A stretch of 64,000 nt of DNA from contig MCFE01000096.1 in the NCBI GenBank assembly GCA_002104905.1, positions 109,075 to 173,074 on the forward strand. The letters are read 5' to 3'. Origin of the DNA: Basidiobolus meristosporus CBS 931.73. Lineage: Eukaryota; Fungi; Basidiobolomycota. Below, piece after piece: positions 1 to 12,708 of this stretch. The notes under the pieces are model-generated. The model made no database searches and was not told the origin of the DNA. It was given only the letters and a program-made list of their open reading frames with translations. A program made the position numbers and the translations under genes. Each line of letters starts with the position of its first letter. The stretch's first letter is position 1.

Positions 1-223
1 CACCTAGGACAAACAATGGAGTTGGAAGTTTGACAACAAATGGACTGGCCCCTACCTTATTACCAAGGTGATTGGAAATGGAAGCTATTACACATCTGAG
101 CTTGACAACACCCACTTGAGAGCACCTGTTGCAGGAAGCCATAATAAGTTATTTAAGCATAGGAATTTTGCACATCAAGATTAGTTTGCTTTGACCCAGG
201 CTCAAAGCTGAGAGGGGGGTGTA
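1..223 (+). mobile_element. Ty3/gypsy LTR retrotransposon 3' end (integrase C-terminus and polypurine tract); putative LTR starts TG at about 224
   Basis: Frame reads KWTGPYLITKVIGNGSYYTSELDNTHLRAPVAGSH, typical of gypsy integrase C-termini. It is followed by the purine tract GAGAGGGGGG and then TGTAGTGGGG. Confidence 0.65.
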
Positions 224-715
224 TGTAGTGGGGTCACAGTGACACCCACTGACAGATGTGCTCATTCCTATATTTTCTACTTCCCTATTTCTCTACTACC
301 CTTAGTTAGTTTTATCCCAGTTGTCCTACTTAATCAGTAGTATCCCATAAGCCAACTGACTATCACAGCTGCTTACCTTATTGCATAAGTTATCCCTCAA
401 TTTATGAAAGATTACTAGCTATAAGTGCTTTTATATTACCTAAGCACCTGTGCCAGTACCCATGACACATGACCAATTTGTGTCACCATCCTTACCAATT
501 TCATACCATACATGGTGTCTCTATGTTGCACAGGTTTCACACTACTGATTCCTGATTGGTTGGATATGCTGTGCCTATTGGAACCTTCTGGCACATACTT
601 AGTACATTCTTGGGTCATTCTGATGTCATTAAGATTTCTATTGATATCCATAACCTTCTGGAACACTATGATTAGTAATCACTTAGCCAGTAAGAAAAGT
701 ATATAAGGGAGGCTA

Positions 716-2898
716 TTGCTTAACAACAAATCAGACATATCAATAACTGTTATGGCAAGATCTATGATCCATGATCAGAAATTTTCCTATGATTTTTGGG
801 TGGAATCAGTTCCCTCAGCTGTTTACCTTAAAGATAAGAGTTATAACAGAATACTTTGTAATTCTACTCCATTTGAAGCATGGTATGGAAACAGACCAGG
901 TGCAGAGCATCTAACAATATTTGGGTACACAGCATATGCCAATAAACTGCCCAGAAATCAGACAAAATTTGTGCTAAAAAGTGTAAAATGCATATTTTTG
1001 GGCCACTGCAATGAGTGAAGGGCATACAGAGTCTTCAATACCAAAGCAAAGAAGCTGATCAAGTCTAGGGATGTCAGATGATGAAGAAATTTGATCTCAA
1101 GTCCACCAATAGTCAGGATTGAATCAGAGCAAAACAATGAAATCTTTTTCATTCCAGATAACCCTACAACAATGGTTCAGCCTGAATCAGTGCCCTGGAA
1201 TATCTCAGAAGTGATCACTCCAGTATCAAATGCAGGGAGATTAAATCAGACAAGAAATAGCCCAGATTACTATATCAATCATGGTACAATCTTAGCCTAT
1301 GCCTACTCAGTCATATTGATGAGCCCCTGACTGTAAAAGGGGCTCTAAATAGCCCTCAGACAAATTTTTGGAGATCTGCAATGACAGAGGAATATCAGGC
1401 CCTGATGGAAGATCAAGTATGGGACTTAGTCAAGGTACCAATCAACCAAAAGTCAATTGGATGCTGAAGAGTCTGTAAGACATAATACAAGGCCTATGGT
1501 ACAATTGAAAGGTACAAAGCAGGACTTGTGGCTAAAGGATAATTTTGTACATAAGGACTTGACTATACTAAGACCATTGCACCAGTAGCCAAGTTTGATT
1601 CCATCAGATAAATATTGGGTATTGCAGCCAAACAAAAGTTTTTTTATACATCAAATGAATGTAGAATCTGCATTTTGAATGAAGAACTTGCTGAAGATGT
1701 GTATATGGACCAGCCTGATAGAATTTGACCAAGTTCATCCCATTTAGTCTGCAAGCTTAAAAAATCTTCATCTGGTCTCAAACAATTGCCAAGAGCCTGG
1801 AATTGCAAGATAGATTCTTATTGGAATCTTTGAGTTTCAAGTAGAGTAATGCTGACTATAGTATATACTATAAGCCAGATAGAGCAAATCCAGCTCTGTT
1901 AGCTCTATATGTGGATGATTTTATTGTAACTGCCAATAACCTCAAAACATTGGAAGATACTAAATCCTGCCTATCCAAAGAGTTCAAGATGTCCAATCTT
2001 AGAGAACTCAGTTGCTACTTAGGGATAAAGTTCTCCCTATACAGAAGCACCCAGAACATCACCCTAAGTCAATTCAAGTATATTCAAGATATACTGAAGA
2101 AGTACCAAATGGAAGACTGTCAACCGGTAGCTACCCTAATGGGGACAAACCTCAGCTTGGTTGAAACTCAACCAAATCAAGAGAGCTTGGTGCCATCTGA
2201 AAGCCTTGACTTTCCTAATCAACTGAAGGCTGGCAGTCTTATGTATATAATGCCTGGAGCACATCCAAATACCTCATATTCAGTGGGAGTTGTCAGCCAG
2301 CATATTCAGAACTATGGATCTGATCATATTACAGTAGTTAAACAGATTTGTAGTTACCTAAAAAGAGCTGCAGATATCTGCTTAAGATACACTTATAAGG
2401 ATCCAGAAAGGATCTAGTGCAATACCCTGATGCTGATTGGGAACATAATCTGGAAGATAGAAGCTCTACCACATCACACACTATTCTTTATTGTCAAGGA
2501 GTAATCTCATAGAATTCAAGCAAGCAACCAACTGTAGAACTTTTCACCACAGAGGCAGTGTATAAGGCAGACTGTGGAGCTACAAAAGAAGCAATGTGGC
2601 TAAGGAAGCTCTTCAAAGATTTAGGCCTATGTCAAAAATTGCCCAATACCTTATTTCAAGAAAATCAAGGAAGTATATAATTAGGTATAAGTCCAACTTT
2701 TCATGCTAAAACCAAGCACATGGATATTAAATATCATTTTATACATGAAGCTATCAAGAATAACTTAGTTGGCCTAGTTTATTGTTCTACAGATGAAATG
2801 ATTGCAGACATATTTACCAAACCATCAGCTAGAGAGAAGCTTGAATATCTTAGGTTAAAATTAGGACTAGTTAGTATGAACATTTAGCTAGGTAGGAG
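716..2898 (+). mobile_element. Degenerate Ty1/copia internal region (integrase C-half, RT, RNase H, PPT)
   Basis: Fragments TPFEAWYG, KCIFLGHC and LYVDDFIVT, with many stops and frameshifts. Colinear with 52.5-54.7 kb. PPT AGCTAGGTAGGAG lies just before the LTR. Confidence 0.92.
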
Positions 2899-3247
2899 TG
2901 TTGTAAAGATCTGGAATTTCATCTAAGTATTCACCTAACTTAGTCCCTTATGTGAATACCATCAAATCCTAGAGAATACTGTCCAAACTCCTTGTTGGGA
3001 TTTACCAAGAATAATTGCACCAAAATATCAAATACCCAGACAAGAAGGACTTGATAAGTTATCCAAACAGCCCCAAACTTTGCACACCTGCTCTTAGGGC
3101 CTTCCTAAGCCTATCCTATATGTTTGTTATGCCAATATCATGTAAAAGTGTAAATGCTACACTTACATTCAATATATCATTAGGTGAAATCCACATAATC
3201 TACTTGTCCTCTCAAGCACTTCCAATATCTCCAAGACTCTTACAACA
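2899..3247 (+). repeat. Copia LTR (349 bp, TG..CA), followed by a PBS-like GGTTTTGAGCCC
   Basis: TGTTGTAAAG...TTACAACA, alignable by eye to the LTRs at 49700 and 54736. Confidence 0.9.
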
Positions 3248-3259
3248 GGTTTTGAGCCC

Positions 3260-5082
3260 AAAGGTCTAGCACCTCAGCTCCCAGTCTTTGCAATAAGTCC
3301 TTGCAATATTCAAGTGCATTTTCTTGAGCACTTCTCTTGAAAAAGTGCTGCAACCTCTTGGTGAGCCTATTAATGTTCCAAAATTCCACTGAAGGCATTG
3401 TAGTAGTCTTTCAAGTTCTTGACATTGTAGCCTTGTCTGTCTGCAGGATCTCCACTCTGTCAACAATGGATGATGTGGAGGCTGTGGTTGACAAACTATC
3501 TCTCTCTGCAAACTCATCTACCTTGCTGGAGTGTAGCTCAAATGCCTGCACTTCCAACTCTGTGAAAACAGCTGTTTTATTGTTGGTAATTCTTCTTGGC
3601 TATGATGGGTTTCCGTCTGCTCCAGGCTTGCAGCATAAATTGGCAAGAACTGCAGTTTTTTTGCATGCTTCCCTGTCTCAGGCCTGGGTAGACATTTTCC
3701 CTTTATCTTTTCCTTTATCACTGCCAGGTCTTTCAAGGCTACTTTGTCTGAGTTTTTCTTTTAATGAACAACATTTTCTCCTTGATAAATTCTGCTCTGA
3801 CACTTCTGTTTTGGCCTGCTTGTCCCTTGCTGGCACTCTTTGGGCAACCTGACATTTCTTGACTGCTTGTCTTGAGCTCTTGGCTATAGTTGTGATGGGC
3901 TCCTGAGAAAGCTGCTGGTTTCATCAATGCCAGGTCCTTCACTACTACTTTGACTGAGTGCTTCTTGAGTGGTACTATGCTTTTACCTTGATAAATGTTG
4001 TGCTGGTGCATTTGTGTCTGCCTGCTTGTCCCTTATTGGCACACTTTCAGCTACCTGATGCCTTATTGATGCTTGTTTGGAGCTTAGGCCCTGCTTGTAA
4101 TGGGCTCTTGAGGAAGCTGCTGGTTTTTAGCCATGGCACCCTTGTTCTTCTGCCTCTGATAATTTCTGCTATTCTTAAGATACTTTCTTAGCATACCAAT
4201 GCTAGCCCAAAATCTGTTTGCCTGTGTGAATCCAGGATAATGCTCATAGAACAGATCAAGTGTATTCTGCTTGGCCTGGAGTTCCTGATGGTCCCATGGT
4301 ATGCTGACCCTAAGGTGATGGTGTGCTAGACTTCTGACAGCCTCTTGAATATTAGCCCACTCTTCATTATTGCACTCAACAGCTTCTCAGATCTTCAATG
4401 TCTTTTGATTTTTAGGTTTTGGTATAAGTACCACTTTGTCTCCCTCCCATGCTGTGATAGGTTTTTCTATGGGCTTTATCTTTGGGCTCTGTTGTTATGC
4501 TTCAAAGACTGTATGGTGTTCAGCTGTTATTACATCAGGAAATGGCTCAATTCTTGGCTGTGACATTGAGCTGCTTGAGTTCCTTCTTTGCAGCAAAGAT
4601 ACTGCTTTTTCTACCTGGGACATTGATTGATCTAAACATATTATCCACTCATCCTGTTCCTTGACTATTTCCTGATTTCTCTGGGCCATTGCATCTATCC
4701 TATCAGCCACTGCACCTAATTGACTCATTAATGCTTTGGTATGAGCTGACTACATACTTGCTAATATGGGTGGGGGTGATGTTATGACAGCCACTTGCTG
4801 GTCTACAATTACAGGTATTGCATTTGCTACACTCTCTTCTACTTGTGCATAATGATCAGCTTGCAGCTCTGTAGAGGATTTCAATTGCCTACCTGACTGA
4901 AAGCCTGAGGAGTCTGCATTATTACCTTCAATGGGCACACTATCAACATGGCCTTTTTTGGATGTAACCCCACTTGTTGCACTGAATGTCAACGCAAGCT
5001 GCTGTCCAGCTGTTCTTCTGCTGCCATCAGTGGTGAGGCTTGGTTGGGAACCAGATGACTTTGCTTTATTTTGTGGCGGCAT
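3260..5082 (-). mobile_element. Degenerate non-LTR (LINE-like) relic: ORF1-like region and possible start of an APE endonuclease
   Basis: Broken minus-strand ORFs 4750-5082, 4495-4728 and 3266-4011. LQCLQWNFGTL resembles the APE N-terminal 'xQWNxxGL' motif. CpG-free. Family is uncertain. Confidence 0.4.
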
Positions 5083-5164
5083 TTATATGGAAGTAAGTCA
5101 AGTCAAAGGGGAATTAGTGTTACATATATGTGGATATGTGGTGCTACACTTTATTTATAGTGCT

Positions 5165-8116
5165 TACTATGGCAGGTCATCATTGAATCTTACATTCATA
5201 TAGGTGCAATATCTCAAATAAAAGACTGTCTTAAATTCATATCAGTATTGACCAAAAAGTGATATAATATTGTTACATTGTTGAAGGTCAAACTGTTTGC
5301 CCCATGGACAAGGCTACTTTTAATCAATGGCGTAAGAGAAGTGAAAAAAGACCATGTGGCTATTGTGGCAAGCCTCTCAGTCATGAAGCATGCAGACAGC
5401 ATAGGAAGTATTACAAGGATCACAGCCAGTGTTTGCCACACAAGTTATATTTGACCATTCATCAGTCACTACTGTATCAACATTATCTTGCCAGCCAGTT
5501 GATACTTCTACAATGGCACATAGCCATCATGTAACCTTGTGCAAACTGAGTCAGAAGAGTTTGTGATGCCTTTAGGCTCACCTCAGCCTTCTGAATATGG
5601 CTTGCTGAGTGATAGCTCCAACAAAGAAGGCTCATTGATAGGTTGTGGGCCTATCTCCTCTCAAAACAGTACCCTGCATGAGCCCAGTCAAATTCTAATA
5701 TGCAATGAGACAACACCTGTTGAAACAAATGCCAGGGATGATTCATGGAGCCAAGTGAGCCCAGTAATCCATCAGCTGGAGAATGATGTATTGATGTGGC
5801 TAGAGAAGTGGTGTGTTTCCACTAATATCAGTAAAGGGGGCTTTGGGATTTACTACTACTTCTTGCCAAAATCATTCCAGGATGCAACTTACCATGTACA
5901 TGGTACAAGTGAACAACCATCATGCAGCTGGCAACATATGACCCAGAGACTGTCCTTATTCTATCATGTGTTGATAGTTGCATGGCATTCACATCCAAGA
6001 ACGCCACCATTGCAACATGTCCAAATTGTCAGGAATCCACTGCCATTGAGGGAAGCATTGTTCACATTCCAGATATATTCCATTAATACCCTGTCAAAAG
6101 AAGCTCATGCAGTCCAACAAATATTGCAAAGCTATAAAGTACCACACTCAGTATCAATCAAGCACAAACATATCCAATATATTGGATGACAAGCATTACA
6201 AACAGCTAAGAAGCAAGGGCTACTTTAAAGGTATGTACAACCATGCCTTTGACTTAGCACTTGATGGATTCTCATCAGACAAGTACTCTGCCAGCAAATC
6301 CTACTTGCCACTGATTCTCATCAACCTGAATCTGCTACCTATCATACAGTATCAGAGCAAAAATCTGATGGTAGCCTCACTGGTATCTAGGCCTAAATCA
6401 CTGTCCAACCTGTATGGCTACCTGTATCCATTGCTGGATGAGTTTTGTATGCTTTCCAGTGGGATAGCAGTAGATGGCCATCATGTCAAAGCGCATATCA
6501 TTATCTGCATTGGAGATACCCTAGGCTTCAGCAAGATAACAGTCTTTTCTAGGCATAATGGATGGTGTTGCTGTCAATTGTGCAGTATCCAGGGGATTTA
6601 CTCAATAGCTAACACACATTATTAATACCCAAACACCAACACCAAGCACATCATCTTCCCACAGAGAGAATTAACAGAAGCTGGCAAGCAATTGCAGCCA
6701 AGTTGGCAAGCTATAAGCCATTAACCAGAATATGGAATCAGTTGGAAACTGGAGATACTTGAGATAGAGGGTAGCTGTTGGAGCAAAAGCTTTCCACTGG
6801 GAGCAACACATTTGCTTTTCAACAGTAATCCCATACTGATGACCAAGTTGTAAATGGATTGTTTCAAGCTAAATGAGCCCTTCAAGATACCGGAGAAATT
6901 TAAAAGAATTGGCAAGATATTACAGAGTTTCTGCTACTCTGGGTATTTCTCATAGGCTCCAATCAATATCCATATGTATATGCAACAATACAAATGCAAA
7001 GACTGGATGAACTGGATATGTATTTACTCAAGTGGTGTACTGAAGCCATTCCTACCAAGAGTACATTGGAAGCATTAGGAGTCATATGTTGACATTGTAA
7101 GAATATTTATCCAGAAGCAGATCACCAATGACACCTTGACACACCTACAGCTATTGTGCAAGGAGTTTATAATAAGACTTGAGTGGCTATACTACAAACA
7201 TAAAGCTGAGCATGTAGATCTCTGCCACTACTGTATCCATTCTTGACTCTATCTTGCTTGGTGTGTGGAGAATATTGGGCCTTGCTTCACCTTTTGGGTG
7301 CTTCCTATGGAGCAGATGTGTGGGGAGATAGGAAGACAAGTCAAGTTGCTGGTACTACCATATGCCAATCTTATCAAGAATATTACCTTCAAGTTGGTGA
7401 TGGATGTGATGAGCTGGTACATGGAGGACAGCCAGGAAGAATTGGAAAATACTGAGGATAGATGTGCATATGGAGACACCTATGCCTATGGAATTAAGAA
7501 ACTAAGCAGCCCTAATGTGAGGGTAATAGTTGAGTAATGCAAAGTTGGGCTGGGTGCAACAAGCAGCTAATTTTTATTAGGAAAGCCTTACCAAAGTATA
7601 CCAGGTTCCTCTTGGTCACAAGCCAACCTCTACACCATTCAATACAGAATTCACACAAACAAGAGCCAGAGTGCACCCATAAGGGGGACTAGAATCCGGC
7701 AGGGAGATGAAATATATTGGCCAAATACCAAAAAGTTCTTGGCGGATATTCAGGAGGTATTCATGGCAGAAGTGGCAGCAACCAAGCATATGTTTGCAAG
7801 ATGTATATGTTACCAGCAGTACAAAGTATATAGCAACCTTGCAAGTATCACACTAAAAAGCCGTGAAGCTGAGGTAATAGAGGTATGTCAATTACAGCAG
7901 GTATGCACATGTGTAGAGGTTAGGAAGCAGGAGACCATAGTTTTTTTTATTCAAACTATATGTGGAATACCCAAGGTAGTAGTGGGCAAGCAAACAAAGA
8001 GGGGTGATTCTACAGTGGAATATATGAATTGCACAAGGGGAGGTAGAAAAATGAACTACCATTTGGTAAGTTGGTACAGTAGCATTATATAGAACTAGCT
8101 ATATGCTGCCATACTG
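5165..8116 (+). mobile_element. Degenerate CACTA/EnSpm DNA transposon (Transposase_21/Tnp2-like plus DUF4218-like domain)
   Basis: LALDGFS...YLPLILINLNL...YLYPLLDEF...IGDTLGFSKI...HNGWCCCQLC (6107-6625) and IGPCFTFWVLPMEQMCG (7265-7537). Possible degenerate TIR TACTATGGCAG (5165) / CTGCCATACTG (8106), but no TSD seen. Confidence 0.75.
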
Positions 8117-8199
8117 CCATCATAATACCATTAGAGACTCTTGATGAGGCTGTCAAACACCATCAAGTTTTTTGCCATTTAAGGCAATTTGATGTACTG

Positions 8200-9974
8200 G
8201 CCAGTTAGATCCATTTTGAGTAGTTGTAGAGTGCACTAAGACTGCAACAATGCCATGCAACTATTGCCTGAGCACAAATCAAATCCTGTTAAGTTTTATA
8301 CACTTATTTATCAGTAAAATTAGCTAAACACTATTGTGATACTGTCAAAAGATTGTTAAGAGGGTCATCAATTCCAAGCTGCAGGTATTATAATGGTCTC
8401 CAAATGTGATCCTGATGGCTGATCTGGATTGGATCCACCTGTAGGACCAAATTATTCTTCATAGGGGATTAATTTGCTCTAATTTATATTGCAATATCTG
8501 ACAGATCCTGTTGAAGTTTAAGGCACTTCCGGGGTTTCTGGCTGGAGAACTTTGTACAAGAGGCTTCATGAAACACATCTGCATTGCCTGATAGTTCAAG
8601 TATAGCCTATGTAGGCTTTGACTTCATTTGGAAAGTACCCCAATTTGTGGTAGTAGTTTTTTCCTGTTTTTCTTCTTTTTCATTTTCTGCAGATGACCCA
8701 TGGGATATTCCTTTTGTGGGATGGTTCTGGACATCTTTATGGATGGGACCACAGTGTGTTTGAGCATAGAAGTCCTCATGACAAAATTGGTCCATAATAT
8801 AGGACTATTTGAGAGTGATATAACCAAAGTTGACATCCTCTTAGATCAAACATAACTCTTGATAGAGCTAGCCAAACTTGATCTAATAAACTGACTTTGA
8901 AAGCTAGCTTCATCAGTACTTTGGTATCAGACTCCAATATACCAGCTCTTTAAGTTGCAGAGCTTGGCAGTGACTTGATCAATCACAATTATTATGATCT
9001 GATCCAGAGAATCAAGTGTCACCAAGTGTTTTCTCCTACTGTAATAGGCTATATATATATAACAAGTATAAAATATTATGTCATCTTTGGAGTAGCTCTT
9101 AGCTAAATACTGGCTGACTGTTGCTTAATTGTGTACTCCAATCAAGCTTGCAATCATTTGCTGCACTTCTTTTCAGCTGGTGGTAGAATTTCCTTGAGTT
9201 GATTTTGCTGAGTTTGTACAATACCTTCTCCCACTGTTTTGAGACTTATACAGAGTGAAAGCACATCTAACAGCTTCATACTTAGCTCCTGGTACATTGG
9301 TTTCAGTATCAAATCTCTTGATACAATTATAGCATTCTTCCAATGGATTTTGTGCTATGATGGTACTCTGGGTGAATATAAATGTATTATATATCAATAG
9401 GATCCTAAAAATTGATGGACCTTGTTTCTGAGATCTTCTTCCATCAATAGGTGGTCCAAAATGGTGGTCAACTGCTCCAGTATCTGTATTCATCACCCTT
9501 ATTTGGAGCAGCAACAACTGGTAAGATCTTCCTCCAGCAATCATTCAATAATGATCTATTTTTTTTCTTGCAATTCAAGGTAACATTATACCCAAAAGCT
9601 CATCTAACAGTCAACTGAGGTCATTTGAATACATATAGCAATATATCTCACTATAGATCTGGACCCACAATTGCTGGAATAATGCAATTTGCTTGGTAGT
9701 GGTAGAGCACTCAATGTCATACATTTCTTGACATATTCAAATGCTAGCTTGATAGACTTTCCTTCATAACTAGCTTGAGTAGTTGCTGAATGAGTCTTTC
9801 AAGGCAAGGCCTTCTTCTCCGCAGCAATTTCCTTGTGAGCATAGCCCTTTTAGCAGCAGGAGTCATCTTCAACTTTAGCAGAGCAATATTGTGAAAAGTC
9901 TTTCTCCAGACAAGCAGAAAAGTATCCAAGGCAAAGTAGACACCTAGAGGATAGCAAGCTTAGGGCTCAAAACC
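8200..9974 (-). mobile_element. Degenerate Ty1/copia internal region of a second family (PBS, gag, protease, integrase fragment)
   Basis: Reverse-strand PBS GGTTTTGAGCCC at 9963-9974, protease-like TDTGAVDH in ORF 9173-9544, and an integrase fragment near 8400 that is near-identical to 10460-10510. Confidence 0.6.
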
Positions 9975-10301
9975 TGTTGCAATATTCTGAGGAGTATTGG
10001 AAGATGAGTTACATGTTATTCACTGGTAGATTTATTGATCAAAAGTATGGTGTTTATACTTTTGGTAAAATAGAGCAAGGAAATGTGTAAATTTGTTAAA
10101 GAAGGTCCCAAGAATATATGTGCAAAGTCTAAGGGCTTTTGGACAACATTGTGAAAGATCATAATCTGGGTACCTGATAATTTGGTGAAAATACTCAAAG
10201 TAAATCCCAGCAAGAAATATTATCAGGACAGAATGGTAATCAAAGAATAAGATCTATGTAACTAAGTTAGCATGAATATTTAGGTGACAACTTTACAATT
10301 A
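9975..10301 (-). repeat. Copia 5' LTR (reverse orientation, degenerate)
   Basis: Reverse complement of the LTR family sequence, adjacent to the PBS. End coordinate is approximate. Confidence 0.75.
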
Positions 10302-10304
10302 CAA

Positions 10305-10760
10305 CTAGGACCACCTTAATGCTATGCAAACCTCATGGAAAAACCACAAAATACCGTCAAATTTACTACTATATTTGGCAGATAAAGCAGCAAAACACTG
10401 TTGCAATCCCACCAGAACATTGTGAAGAGGGTCAAGAATAATAAGCCACCAGCATTGTGAGATCCTGGTGGCTGATCTGGATTGGATCCACACAGGACCA
10501 AATAATTTTTCATATGGTGTTGTGGGCTTCCAAAAGGCTAACTCTAATAGTGACCATAAAATCACTGGGTCGCAAGCTTGATATCTGACCATTGATCTAA
10601 TAGATTCCAATAAAAGGTTAGAAACAGGGGTGCCAAGCTCTTGGGCTGTTGGTTTGCCACTTGATCTGTTGTTGATCACAGTGAGAGCTTGATAATGGTT
10701 TGGAGTATTTAGCAAAAAGTGTGGACTTTGCCAACAGCTTGCAACAACACACACATAAAT
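10305..10760 (-). mobile_element. Copia integrase fragment
   Basis: LLLESIRSM...LW...PTTPYEKLFG in ORF 10305-10754. Confidence 0.6.
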
Positions 10761-10780
10761 GTACTACTTTGTTGTTTCAG

Positions 10781-11126
10781 TTTTGTAAGAGTCATGGAGA
10801 TATTGACAGTGATTTGCATTTGATAAGTCATCAAGTGAAACTACTTAGTGTACTTGTTCTCCAAAAGTAGTATTTAGACTTTTACATGGTATTGGAGAAA
10901 CAGACAAGTAGAATGTGCTTAGGAAGATCCCAAGAGCATGAGTGGAAAGTTTAGGGCTGTTTGGACAACTTTGAGAAGCATCATGTTTGGGTGCCCAATA
11001 TTTGGGTGATGATATTCCAAGTAAATCCCAACAAGGAATTTGGTCAGAGTTCACTACTATTTGCAGGTAATGATCTAAGTAACTAAGTTGGGTGAATATT
11101 TAGGTGCAATCACAAGATTTCCAACA
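10781..11126 (-). repeat. Copia LTR (reverse orientation, degenerate)
   Basis: TTTTGTAAGAGTCATGGAGATATTG...GGTGAATATTTAGGTG...CCAACA is the reverse complement of the family LTR. No matching TSD. Confidence 0.8.
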
Positions 11127-11886
11127 TATGGGAGGGAAACCTTGGACATTTGGAGATGAACATTTTAAGCTACCAATTCATAGCAAGCCACATTTTAGCA
11201 GCAAATTTGCAATCCACATGAGTCTCTCCAGCCACAATCCATAATACTCAAACCACCAGCAGCAGAAAACCCTGTTTTTACTGCACAAAGATCGGTGCAC
11301 CCATTGATATCAGAGTATAAGGTGGCCCTCATATGATTCCAGGACATCCGACAACATGGAGCCTGGTCCCACCTATCAACCAACCAGTGACCCACTTTAA
11401 AGGCCGTGTTCTTGGCAGGACCATTGGATGAGGTATTCCCCCTTGAATTATGCTTCTTCCTTGAGATTGTTGCGGATCAACCTGACCTCCAATCACTCCC
11501 GAGGTGACAATTCACTGGCAAATATCGCGTAAAATGCGCCTCCCGCGGGAGCAATCTCCATGCTCCCATATCCCTTGGTATGTGACCGGGCCTTCCTAGC
11601 AGTGGAGTGGGGGGGGGATTCGTGTGGAGGATGGGTCATCCTCGAGACATGCGGAGGGAAAGATGGAATGGAGATAGCGGTACCCAGGTGTTGGAAGCGA
11701 CCATCTACGGGGGATACGCCGATCGTGCGACATGACTTCGAATGCTTTATTTTAGATATGACGAGACCCCCTCCTCGTACGAGAAACCCCCGGGTTCGGG
11801 GTGGCTCCGTGGGGAGAGAGGGAGGTTCAAGATGGAATGACGATGAAAAATGATCTCTACGGTAAGTGGAAAGTGGGGGAAGGGGT

Positions 11887-11917
11887 GAGGGAGAGGGAGA
11901 GGGAGAGGGAGAGGGAG
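11887..11917. repeat. (GAGGGA)n purine microsatellite just downstream of the mL40 stop
   Basis: GAGGGAGAGGGAGAGGGAGAGGGAGAGGGAG read directly. Confidence 0.9.
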
Positions 11918-11926
11918 GGGAAGCAC

Positions 11927-12373
11927 TTATTTGGCAGCGGTGTAGTTCCAGCCGGAGAGGGGAGGAGTGTCGGTGAGAGTGCGAAGCTTCTTGGGGAAGG
12001 TGACGTGCTTGTCCTTCATCTGGGCCTGTCTGAACAGACGCTCGTTGGTGCGTTCAAGCTCTAGGTTGGCCGCCCTCATGGCGTTGTACTTGGCCTCCAA
12101 CTCGGCTTGACGTGTGAGGTGCTGCTTCTTCTCCAACAACTTCCAGGCCAGTTCGATGATCTCCTGGCGGTGTTGCTCCTCCTCGTCAAGGGTGGCGGTC
12201 TTGCGTGGCGTAGACTCGAAGAGCACCTTCTTGATGAGCTCGTTACGGGAATCCCCACCGATGGAGGTGTCTCTCTTGGCGCCGGGGGCTGCGGCGGCTG
12301 GGGGAGCGGCACGGAGGAGTATTCCACGTCTGGCGGTGGATATGGCGGGAAGCGAGAAGCGTGCGAGGGACAT
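11927..12373 (-). CDS. MRPL40: Mitochondrial large ribosomal subunit protein mL40 (yeast MrpL28 / human MRPL40 family)
   Basis: 148 aa, intronless. R/S/A-rich presequence, then IELAWKLL...KYNAMRAANLELERTNERLF and C-terminal TDTPP...GWNY. Confidence 0.75.
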   Translation of the reverse strand: MSLARFSLPAISTARRGILLRAAPPAAAAPGAKRDTSIGGDSRNELIKKVLFESTPRKTATLDEEEQHRQEIIELAWKLLEKKQHLTRQAELEAKYNAMRAANLELERTNERLFRQAQMKDKHVTFPKKLRTLTDTPPLSGWNYTAAK

Positions 12374-12708
12374 GCTGAGGTTTCGGTGGAGAGGGGGGAG
12401 ACGGTAGTCCGACCACACTATCTACCGTAAGGGAAGAAATTTTTTCGGGATCCTGGGATGCGAGGGATTTGGATCACACAGTTGGATTAAACAAAGCAAA
12501 CATCTATGCGGGATTCGGGAGGATCGTTCGGATTGATTGGGTGGGATCGAGTGGTCGCCGGGTGGAGTGAGAATACGAAATACGCTGGTGCGGCGGGGTT
12601 GCTGGGACCCACTCCTTTTGAAAGTCCTTCTTCCACCCAGAGTGTCAGTGGATTTCGTCCCCACCTTACCAGTCAACAACACTAGGCTTGAAAGCACCCG
12701 TACCCAAC

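Noticed and set aside
11195-11500. Possible gypsy integrase fragment (FKVGHW) at the TE/gene boundary
   Set aside because: A single weak motif with no supporting context.
12374-12708. Short divergent promoter between mL40 and AP-2 alpha (also NAT10/zinc finger)
   Set aside because: Ordinary for compact fungal gene blocks.
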